A stretch of DNA of 33,636 bases from a virus (taxonomy: Duplodnaviria > Caudoviricetes): positions 1 to 33,636 of the IMG/VR virus record IMGVR_UViG_3300032320_000493; one strand, written 5' to 3'. Numbering within the stretch: position 1 is the stretch's first letter; each line of letters starts with the position of its first letter. Both the position numbers and the translations under genes were made by a program. The notes below the pieces were generated by a model that did not search any database, was not told the DNA's origin, and was given only the letters and a program-made list of their open reading frames with translations. Below are positions 7,476 to 17,035 of this stretch, one piece after another.

Positions 7476-8968
7476 TATTTCTTTTGGTTTTGAAGGCCAA
7501 TTCCAGCAGAAAACAATGACACAGGCGCTACAGATGGCGATGGTGACGGAGTAGTGCCAGACAAAAGCCCGCTAATTGCTTTCCTTGCTTGGCTTTGGCG
7601 TAAGAATTTCTGAAGCTCATCTGCTGTATATCCAGCGATTGGTATTGCCAAGGCTTCTGGTCGGCTAGTAGCATAACTTCCAGCTCCAATGGTTGCAGTA
7701 ACAAATGGAGAGCGCTCAGGATTAAATCTTGAGACAAAAGAGAGCAACGGGTCTAACGAGCCACCTTTTGCAACTCTACGAATTGCAGCTTGCTCATCTG
7801 GCGTAAACAACTTCATTTTGTCTTTATTTGCAGCCAAATTGATAAAACCATTTCGTATCAATTCGCTTTCTGATGTTTTTGGATTTAATGCTTTAGCTTC
7901 AGCAACATTCAAAATGTCATCAAGCATAGTAGCTCTGCTTTGATTGCGCCAATCTTTGCGGGCAGCCATGATTTTTTTGACTGCATCATCAACCCCACCA
8001 GCACCAGCAACAACATCTTTTGGGGAAAGTTGAGCAATGTAATCATCAATAGATGAAACCATTGTTTTAGCAAGCCGCCTAACATTTTGGTCTTTATTGG
8101 CAAGTAAGTCATTTGCCAGTTGACGCGATTGGTCTACATCACCAAATTTAACATTTCCTGGACTATAAATGCTTTGGATTTTATTCAAAACATTTTGTAC
8201 TTCTGTGGCATTTTCAGGGACAAATCTAGCGTTGTTAAGGTCATTTTTTATTTTGCTCAAAAGCGCAGCAGAGCCATTGCTAGATAGCACAATCCCAGCG
8301 TCATCGACTGAACGATAAGACTTTGCAGCCCTATCTCTGATGTCTTGAATGGTAACTTTTGGGCCACCACTTTGCAAAATTGCTTCAGAAGTTTTAGCTG
8401 CTGCGCCGCCAGCAAGTACGCCAACCCCAAGGGCCGCCAATGTTGCAGCCGCATCACTACCAGTAATCTCTTTAACTTGCTCTGCGGCTGGAACCGCCGC
8501 CATTGAAGATGCAGCAGCAGCAGGAATTTGTGCTTCAAGACCTTGACCAAAGATGCTTTTAGGAGCAAGTTTTGCCAATCCAGCAGTGCTTGTCATTGCC
8601 TCCATTCCTGCTTGAGACATACGCTCAGGCGTTGTCTCTGGCGATGGCAAACCAATAGCAGTTAAGCCTTCTTGCACCATTTGAGAGGGATAGCGCACCT
8701 GAGATTTTTGCGCTAGGTTTACACCTCCAGCAAGCAAATCTCCTACCATCGTGATAGGAGAAAGAACGCCAGTAGTAATTGCTCTTCCTGCCAATCCTGC
8801 TTGGCGACCTAGTTGCTGCATTGTGCTTGGCTCTGCGATAGGAGCAGCAGCAATTGCTGGAGCCGGAGTTTGACCAGTTGATTTTCTCAAAGCATCTGTA
8901 ATTTGTGCAGAAGTCATGTCATCAGGAAACTCGATGACATCATTGCCAACTTGGATGTACTGAGCCAT
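7475..8968 (-). CDS. Putative internal virion / DNA ejection protein
   Basis: Last large gene of the tail block; N-terminal IEFPDDM motif; Ala/Gly hydrophobic segments; helical. Confidence 0.6.
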   Translation of the reverse strand: MAQYIQVGNDVIEFPDDMTSAQITDALRKSTGQTPAPAIAAAPIAEPSTMQQLGRQAGLAGRAITTGVLSPITMVGDLLAGGVNLAQKSQVRYPSQMVQEGLTAIGLPSPETTPERMSQAGMEAMTSTAGLAKLAPKSIFGQGLEAQIPAAAASSMAAVPAAEQVKEITGSDAAATLAALGVGVLAGGAAAKTSEAILQSGGPKVTIQDIRDRAAKSYRSVDDAGIVLSSNGSAALLSKIKNDLNNARFVPENATEVQNVLNKIQSIYSPGNVKFGDVDQSRQLANDLLANKDQNVRRLAKTMVSSIDDYIAQLSPKDVVAGAGGVDDAVKKIMAARKDWRNQSRATMLDDILNVAEAKALNPKTSESELIRNGFINLAANKDKMKLFTPDEQAAIRRVAKGGSLDPLLSFVSRFNPERSPFVTATIGAGSYATSRPEALAIPIAGYTADELQKFLRQSQARKAISGLLSGTTPSPSPSVAPVSLFSAGIGLQNQKK

Positions 8969-10533
8969 TATTTGACCTCCTCAAGCTGATTGGTTTGCGG
9001 ATTCCAGCGCTTTGTCGGAGTCACTTTTTGCGTTGTGCCAACTGGAGCAAAAGGTTCTGAGCCAGAAGATGCTCTGCGCTGTTCAATTTTACGAAGCGTC
9101 TTTTCTTTTGCCGTTTCAGATGCTTTTACAAAATTACTCAAGGCCTCAAGCGTAGTTTTTGTATCATACCTTCCATAAGCAGCAACAAGTTCATTGGCAA
9201 AGCGCAAAACGTCATTATCTGTTTGAACGCCTTTTTCTGCACTTGTTCTCAGGTTAACAGCATTTTGAACAGAACGCTCCAAATCTGCAAATGCTCTACT
9301 TTCAATAGTTGAATTTCCCATTGCATTAGAAGCCTTGTATTTTGCATTGTTAAGAATGCCAAGTTCTAATGGAGCTTTTCCAGTTTTGGGGTCTATCTTA
9401 AGATTCTTCAAAGCTGGAGTAAGTGAAGTAACTTGAGCATCCAGACTATCAATGGCCTCTAGGTCTTTGATTTCATCTCGCTGAAGACTTGTTGCCATAG
9501 GCTTGTTTTTGTTATCAGATTTTAATTTTTCTATTTGCAACTGCAAAAGTTGTCCCTTCAGCTCACGATTGCCTGCGCCAATGCCAGCTTCAATTTTTGC
9601 AAGCATTGCTCTTGATTCAATTTGAGCCTTTGCAATTTCTGCTTTAGTGCTATTTTCTGCGGCTGAAACCGCTGCACGACCATCAATTTGTGCTTGAGCA
9701 ATGTCAGACTTAGTAGAGGCCACCAAAGCAGCAATTGAGTTTTTAGAATCAAGAGTCATTTGTGCAATAACTTTAGCGTCTTCTCCGCGCTGTACGGCGG
9801 CATCAATTTTTCCTTGGGCAGTAATTTGTGCTGTTTCAATTCTACTTTCTGCTTGTTTTTTGGCGGCTTCAACTGTAGCTGCTGCTGCTGTTTGAGCCGC
9901 CTCCACTTTAGCCTCTGCCGCTTTTGTTGCAACATCAAGCTTGGCCTGTGCAGCTTCTTTTGCAACATCCACAGTAATTTGTCTAGCAGCGGCTTTGTCT
10001 TGAGAGCCTTGAATAATTGAAAGCACCTTATCTGGGCTTCCGTATTGAGCTACAACACGGACAACATCGGCTTCGGTAGCATCTTCTCCAAGCTCACCAA
10101 GTGCCACCCGCAGTTTCTCGTCCATTTGTTGACCATACTGAATTTTCTCAGCTTCGGCTTTAGACTTGGATGCAGTAGCTAATTTTGCTGATGCTTCACG
10201 GGCATATTGAGATAGCGCAAGTGCCTCTTGCTGAAGCCCAGCCTCAGAAAGCATCTTTGCACCGCGCAACATCGACTCAGGATTGCTCTGGTCAATTTGC
10301 TTTGAAATGGCGTTCAGAGTGCTGATACGCTGCAACTGAGGGTCTACTCCGCCCAGTGCCCCACCAAGCGCACCAGCAAGGTTGTAGCCCGCTTGCTGTA
10401 CGCCTACAGCAGCCTGCTGGAAGGGGTTAAGGTTTTGCAACGCAACTGCACGGTTAAAAACCTGCTGCTGCTGTTGCTGCTGATACATTTCGGGGTTGAC
10501 CCCAAATAGACCGCCAACAATATCGTCTGCCAT
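8968..10533 (-). CDS. Putative internal virion / ejection protein with 11-residue repeats
   Basis: Position; Q/A/K-rich helical composition; hendecad repeats. Confidence 0.6.
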   Translation of the reverse strand: MADDIVGGLFGVNPEMYQQQQQQQVFNRAVALQNLNPFQQAAVGVQQAGYNLAGALGGALGGVDPQLQRISTLNAISKQIDQSNPESMLRGAKMLSEAGLQQEALALSQYAREASAKLATASKSKAEAEKIQYGQQMDEKLRVALGELGEDATEADVVRVVAQYGSPDKVLSIIQGSQDKAAARQITVDVAKEAAQAKLDVATKAAEAKVEAAQTAAAATVEAAKKQAESRIETAQITAQGKIDAAVQRGEDAKVIAQMTLDSKNSIAALVASTKSDIAQAQIDGRAAVSAAENSTKAEIAKAQIESRAMLAKIEAGIGAGNRELKGQLLQLQIEKLKSDNKNKPMATSLQRDEIKDLEAIDSLDAQVTSLTPALKNLKIDPKTGKAPLELGILNNAKYKASNAMGNSTIESRAFADLERSVQNAVNLRTSAEKGVQTDNDVLRFANELVAAYGRYDTKTTLEALSNFVKASETAKEKTLRKIEQRRASSGSEPFAPVGTTQKVTPTKRWNPQTNQLEEVK

Positions 10534-10552
10534 GATTATTTCCTATGTTGGG

Positions 10553-12730
10553 TTAAGTCGAAAAAGCCTTGAGAATAGCTGCTTGCAACTGTGGGTTATT
10601 TGCCGCCTGACTAAACAGATTGCCACTGTAGCTAAAGGCGTTGGCAGGAGCTTGTGTAGCTGCACTATTCAACATTCCTTGTCCAAGCAAACGTCCTGCT
10701 TCAGCAGCAGATGCCGTAGTCTTAGCGCCGATTTGCGTACCCAGCGTCATTGGCTGCTGTGCAAGATTTTCAAGTCCTGAGCTTGTGTCTATGGCTGTAG
10801 CAAACGGAGCATAAGCAGCAGTCTGGCCGCCATAGTATTTGCCCATCAAGTCGCTACCTAAGCCAAGCAGTCCTGCCCCAAATTGAGCCTGTAGTTGACC
10901 CGCCTGTTGGCCCTGTGCGGCCAATGTCAGATTGCTTTGAGCAAGTGCGTTGTAGTAAGCAGCAAGTTCAGGGTTTGTAGCCATCAAATTGCCGCCCTGG
11001 GCAACAGACAGGCCGCCACGACCTTGTGCCAACAGCTTATTCTGCAATTGAGCAAGTTGCTGTTCTTGTCTAGGAGCAAGCAATGCCTGCTGCTTTGCAA
11101 TGTAGGCAGCAGCTTGTTGCTCAGGAGTCTGTTGTATGTAACCCTGTCCAAGACTGAATAGGCTTTGTGCGCCAGCGGTTAGCGGAGCATACGCAGCTTG
11201 CGCCCCTTCAGCGCCAGTAAGACCCTGTGCAGCAAGTGCGCTCAATCGGTCTTGGTAGGCTTTAATTTCAGGGCTTGCTGTGTAGCCAGCGCCAATCACA
11301 TTGCCTTGTGCGTCAGTGGTGAAATTAGATGCACCAAATCGAGTGGTAACGCCAACAGGACGGAACTTAGCTGCGTCTGCTGCAATACGGGCAGCTTCAA
11401 CTTGTGCAGCAGCTTGTATCTGTGCAGCTTCTCTTGCTTTCTCTGCTGTATTGGCAGCACCAAGACCTTGCAATGTACCAGTTAGAAGAGATGGAAGAAA
11501 GGAAGATACAGTAGAGCTACTTGGCAATAAATTAGATAAAGTAGAGCCAATAGAAGAAAGCAATCCACCACCATCACTTACATATCCTGGAATAGAACCT
11601 GCAACACTGGCGGCAGGCGCAACCGGAGAGCCGCCTAACCCAGCAAGAGATGAACCAAGACCAACTTGAGAAGCACTCACATACCCTGGCGTAGCACCAG
11701 CAACGCTAGCCGCAGGTGCAAATGGCGACCCGCCTAATCCAGCAAGAGTAGAGCCAATAGGAGCAGCAATAGGAGTAGTAGCGCCTATATAACCTGCGCT
11801 AGAACCAGCAGCACTAGTTACAGGAGCAATTGGTGAACCAAGTAATCCGGCTGTAGTTCCAGCAGCAGTTCCAGCGGCACCCACATAACCCGCACTAGAG
11901 CCAGCAGCACTAGCAGCGGGGGCAAATGGCGAACCAAGCAATCCGGCTGTAGTAGTTGTAGCGGCTGGAACTGCAGTGGTGGCGGCTGCTTGACTTGCTG
12001 CTTGTGCGGCGGCTGCTTGTGCTGCTGCTTGCGTTTGTGCTGCCACTGCCGCTTCCGCTGCTGCTGCTTGCGCTGCTGCTTGAGCTTGTGCAGCAGCTAC
12101 CGCCTGCGCTTGTGCGGCTGCTGCTGCCTGTGCTTCTGCTGCAACTACTGCTGCCTGTGCTTCTGCCGCTGCTGCTGCTGCGGCCTGAGCTTGAGCTACT
12201 GTTGCTGCTTGCGCTTCTGCTACTGCTGCGGCCTGTGCCTGCGCTGCTGCTACTGCTTGCGCCTCTGCTGCTGCTGCTGCCTGAGCCTCTGCCGCTAATT
12301 GAGCTTGTGTAGCTGCTTCTGCTGCTGCTTTTGCTTGTGCTGCTGCTTGAGCCTGCGCTTGTGCTGCTGCTTGTGTGCTTGTTTCTGCTGTTGAAACACT
12401 TTCTGCTGCTTTTGCTGGCGTTGATAAGTCAACCGCCTTAAAACTTTTAGTAAGTTCTCCAGCGCCATAAGACAAAATAAATGTTTCAAGACCTTTTTCT
12501 AGGTTCCCACCAGTTTGAGATGTCTTATTAGCAGCTAGAAATCCTGCTGTAAGCGCAGGAGGAACTCCATATGCTGCTGCAATAGCTGTAATTGTTCCTT
12601 CTAGCACAGGGCTATTTGCAATAGTTCTGCCAACATCTGTCACGCCTTGATTGATTGCTTTTTCAACAGGCTGCAATACCTGTGTAGCGGCCTCGCTAAC
12701 TTTCTCAGTCGCTTGTGATACCCATCCCAT
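10553..12730 (-). CDS. Putative ejection / DNA transfer (pilot-like) protein with Ala-Gln low-complexity and GSP repeats
   Basis: First of three large genes after the nozzle; A/Q/G-rich. Confidence 0.6.
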   Translation of the reverse strand: MGWVSQATEKVSEAATQVLQPVEKAINQGVTDVGRTIANSPVLEGTITAIAAAYGVPPALTAGFLAANKTSQTGGNLEKGLETFILSYGAGELTKSFKAVDLSTPAKAAESVSTAETSTQAAAQAQAQAAAQAKAAAEAATQAQLAAEAQAAAAAEAQAVAAAQAQAAAVAEAQAATVAQAQAAAAAAAEAQAAVVAAEAQAAAAAQAQAVAAAQAQAAAQAAAAEAAVAAQTQAAAQAAAAQAASQAAATTAVPAATTTTAGLLGSPFAPAASAAGSSAGYVGAAGTAAGTTAGLLGSPIAPVTSAAGSSAGYIGATTPIAAPIGSTLAGLGGSPFAPAASVAGATPGYVSASQVGLGSSLAGLGGSPVAPAASVAGSIPGYVSDGGGLLSSIGSTLSNLLPSSSTVSSFLPSLLTGTLQGLGAANTAEKAREAAQIQAAAQVEAARIAADAAKFRPVGVTTRFGASNFTTDAQGNVIGAGYTASPEIKAYQDRLSALAAQGLTGAEGAQAAYAPLTAGAQSLFSLGQGYIQQTPEQQAAAYIAKQQALLAPRQEQQLAQLQNKLLAQGRGGLSVAQGGNLMATNPELAAYYNALAQSNLTLAAQGQQAGQLQAQFGAGLLGLGSDLMGKYYGGQTAAYAPFATAIDTSSGLENLAQQPMTLGTQIGAKTTASAAEAGRLLGQGMLNSAATQAPANAFSYSGNLFSQAANNPQLQAAILKAFST

Positions 12731-12732
12731 GA

Positions 12733-13131
12733 TTAACCCCTTAAATCAAAAGACATTTCGTAAGTCCTATCAAGGCCACCGTCTATCTTTTTAACAGTGC
12801 CTTTGACTATTCCTAGATTAGCCAAGTCGTTGATAGCAGGATTGTCATAGTAGGTCGCCGCTTTATCAAATTTACCATTTGCCTTTGCAAGCAAGTTATT
12901 CACAGCAGTCACTAAGTCCTGCTTATTTCCAGCATTTATTGCATGGAATTCTACTGTTTTATCCTTCTTTGAGGAGTAAATGACTATGGTATTTTTTGTC
13001 AACAGGTACTTCATACCTTGCTTGACGTACTCCAAAAAAGTGTCTTTTACATCTTCAAGACTGTATTCACGCCCACGATGGTTCTTGGCATAGTCGCCAG
13101 CAATGATTGCAAGTTCTTTTTCACGCGCCAC
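12733..13131 (-). CDS. Hypothetical protein in the slot before the ejection genes (T7 gp13 / P22 gp14-like position)
   Basis: GTG start with AAGG RBS; positional inference only. Confidence 0.6.
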   Translation of the reverse strand: MAREKELAIIAGDYAKNHRGREYSLEDVKDTFLEYVKQGMKYLLTKNTIVIYSSKKDKTVEFHAINAGNKQDLVTAVNNLLAKANGKFDKAATYYDNPAINDLANLGIVKGTVKKIDGGLDRTYEMSFDLRG

Positions 13132-13141
13132 TTATTAGCCT

Positions 13142-13417
13142 TTACACCGTTCCAGCAGCAATGACATTGCCAATGACAGTGAAATTCCCACTTGCATCTA
13201 GCTTCGCTACATTGGTTCCACTAGATTGAAAATACAGGACTCCAGCAGTTTCAACCAGTGAAAAGTTTGTCAATACGCCATTTGCTTTGCTTGCAATGGC
13301 AGTTGCAATGTTGTTGAATTCGGTGTCAATCTCTGTGCCTTTTACGACCTTGCTGGCATTGCCAGATGCAAGTGCGTCTTTAGCCGCAAAGTTAGTTGAT
13401 TTGGTGTAATCGCTCAT
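13142..13417 (-). CDS. Small tail fibre adaptor or needle-like protein
   Basis: N-terminal MSDYTKSTNF..EIDTEFNNIATAI typical of fibre attachment segments; C-terminal beta module. Confidence 0.55.
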   Translation of the reverse strand: MSDYTKSTNFAAKDALASGNASKVVKGTEIDTEFNNIATAIASKANGVLTNFSLVETAGVLYFQSSGTNVAKLDASGNFTVIGNVIAAGTV

Positions 13418-14973
13418 ACAAGTTTTCCTCGTTTAGCCTGGATTTCAATTTTTTGGATGCTCACAGCAAACCCGTTGATGTCTGTCTCATATCCTGTTTG
13501 CACTGCTTTGCCAGAGCCCGTTGCTTGGCTTACAAGCACTTGCAACTGAATTCCGCTTGAATAATAGGCAACAGGAGAGCCATTAGCGCCATATTCAGCA
13601 ATGCCATATTGTGCAACTGTGGCTGTAGGAATGGATACGTTTTCTGAGAAATATTGACCAGCAAAGTCAAATCCCCACTTAATTGTAAATCCTTGACTTG
13701 AGCCGCCAATAACGGTTACAAGAATTTTCTTCAAGATAGAAGTAATGCCGATGTCGCCAAAATCAGCATAGTTGGTAAAGTATTGCAGCCTGTAAGTTGA
13801 TGTGTTATCAAGATAGGTGTCGTACTTGCCAATGTAGCCAGATTTACCAATAAGCAAGTCGCCATTGCGTCTGGACAAAAAGCAAGTAGGCTCAATGGAG
13901 TCCCATGTGGTTACACGGGCAGCACCATCTTGCAACTGCGCTTTTGTATCAAAGACATAGACCTGCTTCGTAACAGGAAGACTCAATAAGTAAAAGGCAT
14001 TGATTTCAGAGTAAACAGCCTTGCAATTGGCAAGAGTTTCAGTAGAAAGCGCAAGCATCAAATCGTTGCGGACATTCTTAGACAGGTCGCGCAGAGGCGC
14101 AGATTTTTCCTGGATGGTACGCAGCAATGAGCGTACTCCACTGTTTGACAAGAAAACGATGTCGCTACCTGTGGTATGGATAGTGTCACGCCCAAGGCAT
14201 CCAACGCTGGAAATAGAGTCACTCAACTGCATGGTTGCAGGTGTAGTGGCATTGGCATAAACAAGGATTTGACGCTGACCAAAGATAAACAGGAACCCAT
14301 TATGTGAAGCTAGGCCAACAATTTTGTCTGCGCCGTTAGGCCAAACACGGCTTACGTCTAATGTGCCTGAAGTTCCACCACTCCAGACATGACCAGCAAG
14401 CAGGTCAGAGAAGGTGATGGTTGTGTTGTCAGTTGTAGTGCTTGCTGCCCAGATTCGACCGAAGGCAGAAATGCCAATGTTTGCCTGTGGCGCAGTACCT
14501 ACATAGCCAGTTTTCTCGCTTACTCTGCGGAATGTTGTAGTGCTAACAGCGGGGTCATAAATAAGCGGGTCATAACCTGTTTGGAAGAAGTAGGCAATTC
14601 CATTAAGAGAGCATATCTGCCAATCATTTGTTGTGATTGTTGGCGCAGTGCCTCCCCCCCCATAGGTCAACTCAGTTACTGCATTTGCAGTTCCTAGCTT
14701 GAATATCTTGCCATTGCCTGCAAAAAGAACAGTTAGAGTGCCATCAGATTGCACCAATTCGTGCATAACGCCAACATTGTTTGCCCCTAAAGCGCCGCTA
14801 GATGGGTTTACTCTGGAGTAACCTTTGCGAGAGCCAATGCGCCCGTACTGGTCAATGACTGCATTTGTGGCAATAGATGCAAAACCTGAGGCCAAGTCCA
14901 ACGGGGAGTCTTGGGTGTTTAACCCATAGAACCCAGGCGCTGATACGCTGTAGGACTGTAGTGCTTGGCTCAT
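13414..14973 (-). CDS. Tail nozzle / DNA stabilisation protein (P22 gp10 / tail tubular B-like)
   Basis: 519-aa beta-propeller-like pattern; follows adaptor; GCLGRDTI...VFLSNSGVRSL. Confidence 0.7.
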   Translation of the reverse strand: MSQALQSYSVSAPGFYGLNTQDSPLDLASGFASIATNAVIDQYGRIGSRKGYSRVNPSSGALGANNVGVMHELVQSDGTLTVLFAGNGKIFKLGTANAVTELTYGGGGTAPTITTNDWQICSLNGIAYFFQTGYDPLIYDPAVSTTTFRRVSEKTGYVGTAPQANIGISAFGRIWAASTTTDNTTITFSDLLAGHVWSGGTSGTLDVSRVWPNGADKIVGLASHNGFLFIFGQRQILVYANATTPATMQLSDSISSVGCLGRDTIHTTGSDIVFLSNSGVRSLLRTIQEKSAPLRDLSKNVRNDLMLALSTETLANCKAVYSEINAFYLLSLPVTKQVYVFDTKAQLQDGAARVTTWDSIEPTCFLSRRNGDLLIGKSGYIGKYDTYLDNTSTYRLQYFTNYADFGDIGITSILKKILVTVIGGSSQGFTIKWGFDFAGQYFSENVSIPTATVAQYGIAEYGANGSPVAYYSSGIQLQVLVSQATGSGKAVQTGYETDINGFAVSIQKIEIQAKRGKLV

Positions 14974-15620
14974 GTCGCGATAAATTCGTTAAAATCAGGA
15001 AAGCGAGTGCCTTCCAGCGCAATGTAATCAGAAAGCATGGACTTGTATAACAGGAATGCCTCGGAAGAATTCATTGAACCATCTTCACCGCGCTCAACCA
15101 ATGCGCGGGAATATGCGTTCTGCGCCACCAACACATCAGGAACGAGGCATACGGTGCTATCAGAGGACAAGGTAGCCTGTGGCACTGCCAATGAGAAAAG
15201 AAGGCTATAAACGCCATCTGGACGAGGATACAACGTCACCTTTGCATCGTAGTTAGAATCCACTCCATCAAAGACGTATTGGTTTGGAATGGTTGCTGCT
15301 GGAACTATTGCATAGTTCTGGTAGCGATTCATCTGCACAAAACCGATGTTCTCCAGCGGAATGTTGGATGTAGAGTTGATGGCATCCAAGACCTGGAACT
15401 TCTGCCCAGCGCCAGTTAACGAATACTTGTAAGTTCCAGCGGTAGTGGTAACTGTAATGTCTTTGCCAAGAACGTTCCAAGGGAATGCGTCTTCTACTTG
15501 GCGCTTTGCATCGTTTACAAATTTGCCAATCAAGGTGGAATAGGGTGTTGCATTGACAGTCGCAACTGTCTGTTCACGCAGTCGAGCAAGGACATCATTG
15601 ACAAGTTCTAGGTAAGTCAT
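14970..15620 (-). CDS. Head-tail adaptor (tail tubular A-like)
   Basis: MTYLELVNDVLARLRE start; LYPRPDGVY motif; position. Confidence 0.7.
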   Translation of the reverse strand: MTYLELVNDVLARLREQTVATVNATPYSTLIGKFVNDAKRQVEDAFPWNVLGKDITVTTTAGTYKYSLTGAGQKFQVLDAINSTSNIPLENIGFVQMNRYQNYAIVPAATIPNQYVFDGVDSNYDAKVTLYPRPDGVYSLLFSLAVPQATLSSDSTVCLVPDVLVAQNAYSRALVERGEDGSMNSSEAFLLYKSMLSDYIALEGTRFPDFNEFIAT

Positions 15621-15952
15621 ATTCTTGTAAGTCCTTCTTGCTCAAATGTAGCTATAAAACTAAATGTGCTTCCCGCCTGAGTAGTTATTTTTAACTTGTC
15701 ACCTTCTTCAAACACAATGTAAGCGTTGCCATCAAACTGCAAATAGTTTTTTGATGTGAAATCGTATTGAGTCAATATATCAAGAGTTGTATTTGCGCTA
15801 GCATCAAACCATTGAACAGTTATATGCTTAGTAGAGCCGCCTGTATTGTGTATGTACATTACAGTAAATTTGGCGTAATAGCCCGTAGGACAGGTATAGA
15901 CTGTTGTGTCTACTGCCGCTGTAGGACTAACCCCAACTGACAATGCTCTCAT
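15617..15952 (-). CDS. Virion structural protein, beta-sandwich
   Basis: TVYTCP...N...EEGDKLKI pattern; ATGA coupled. Confidence 0.65.
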   Translation of the reverse strand: MRALSVGVSPTAAVDTTVYTCPTGYYAKFTVMYIHNTGGSTKHITVQWFDASANTTLDILTQYDFTSKNYLQFDGNAYIVFEEGDKLKITTQAGSTFSFIATFEQEGLTRI

Positions 15953-16248
15953 TTTTTGGCCTTGTTCCTGCGAGTAATTGCCTTGGCCTTAGCCTTAGCA
16001 TCTTCCTTGGAGGACGCGCCCCACGCTTCAAGCGAGAGCAGTAGACGGGTTGGTTTGCCATCTTTTTGCTCCGGCCCTGGCATATTGCCCATCCGCGCTA
16101 AAAAGGAGGCCCGTCGAGGGTTGTCACCTGACTTTACTGGTGCTTTCAAATTGCCGCCAGTCTCAGCATTATAAGATGCTCTGCCCTTGGCATTCAAGCC
16201 GCCTTTTGGATTTTGACCAGCTTTTGTTTGCCAAGTTGGAGATTTCAT
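15949..16248 (-). CDS. Small basic phage protein (DUF6321-like)
   Basis: GQNPKGGLNAKGRASYN..RRASFLARM..SLEAWG. Confidence 0.7.
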   Translation of the reverse strand: MKSPTWQTKAGQNPKGGLNAKGRASYNAETGGNLKAPVKSGDNPRRASFLARMGNMPGPEQKDGKPTRLLLSLEAWGASSKEDAKAKAKAITRRNKAKK

Positions 16249-16407
16249 CTATTTCACCTTTTTTGCCTTCTTTGCTGTCTTTGCTGCCTGTTTGAAATCA
16301 GCAGCAGTAGGTGCGGCCTTAGACCCAACCTTGTTCATTTTTTCACCAGAGCCAGCCTTAATTCGGGCTTGCTTGGCATTGATATTAGCGTAAAGACCTT
16401 GTTTCAT
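16249..16407 (-). CDS. 52-aa Lys/Ala-rich protein (not in ORF track)
   Basis: MKQGLYANINAKQARIKAGSGEKMNKVGSKAAPTAADFKQAAKTAKKAKKVK; abuts both neighbours. Confidence 0.8.
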   Translation of the reverse strand: MKQGLYANINAKQARIKAGSGEKMNKVGSKAAPTAADFKQAAKTAKKAKKVK

Positions 16408-16577
16408 TTCATCTTCTTCATAGGCTTAGATTTGCCAGCCTCAGACAATGCAATGGCAATGGCTTGCTTTTGAGACTTGACTACTGGGCCTTTTTTAGAA
16501 CCAGAGTGCAGTTCACCTTTGCCGTACTCTTTCATTACCTTGCTGACCTTTTTTTGGGCCATTGTGGGCTTTTTCAT
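16404..16577 (-). CDS. 57-aa basic protein (DUF6496-like; not in ORF track)
   Basis: KVMKEYGKGELHSGSKKGPVVKSQKQAIAIALSEA; AAGGA RBS. Confidence 0.8.
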   Translation of the reverse strand: MKKPTMAQKKVSKVMKEYGKGELHSGSKKGPVVKSQKQAIAIALSEAGKSKPMKKMK

Positions 16578-16586
16578 GGCTATTCC

Positions 16587-16871
16587 TTAGTACAGAATCT
16601 TAGCGGTAATCGTGCCTGTTACAAAAACAGTGCAATTTGCGCGCAAATAAGTTGGAGCATTTTGTACAGTAATGATGCCATTAGCAGTCAATGCTGTCCC
16701 AATAGTTGCCCAATTTGTACCATCAAGACTGCCTTGCAATGCAACAGTAGCTGATGTAATGCCTGAAACTTGCAAGAATGCAGGATTGCCAGCGTCAACT
16801 TGAACTGCTGGAGATGCGCCAGTAGCGCCAACTGCGCTTAAAAGAGTGATTGGTGTTGATAGAGATGCCAT
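16587..16871 (-). CDS. Small virion protein, beta-rich
   Basis: TVALQGSLDGTNW...YLRANCT; GAGG RBS. Confidence 0.7.
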   Translation of the reverse strand: MASLSTPITLLSAVGATGASPAVQVDAGNPAFLQVSGITSATVALQGSLDGTNWATIGTALTANGIITVQNAPTYLRANCTVFVTGTITAKILY

Positions 16872-17035
16872 TATTTACCTCGACCTGATTTCTTCATCAT
16901 GTTAGTGGCTGCGCGCTGACCACGGACAGGCAAAGGCATTTTTGGCTTGCCAACTGCGACCATGATAGTTAATGGCATAGCTTTTTTCTTGGATGCAGAT
17001 TTTGCTGCTGGCTTAGAGGATTTTCCGTACATCAT
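16871..17035 (-). CDS. 54-aa Lys/Met-rich protein (not in ORF track)
   Basis: MMYGKSSKPAAKSASKKKAMPLTIMVAVGKPKMPLPVRGQRAATNMMKKSGRGK; ATGA and TAATG coupling. Confidence 0.7.
   Translation of the reverse strand: MMYGKSSKPAAKSASKKKAMPLTIMVAVGKPKMPLPVRGQRAATNMMKKSGRGK

Noticed and set aside
11990-12312. + strand poly-Cys and poly-Leu ORFs
   Set aside because: Antisense shadows of the GCA/CAA-rich Ala-Gln repeat
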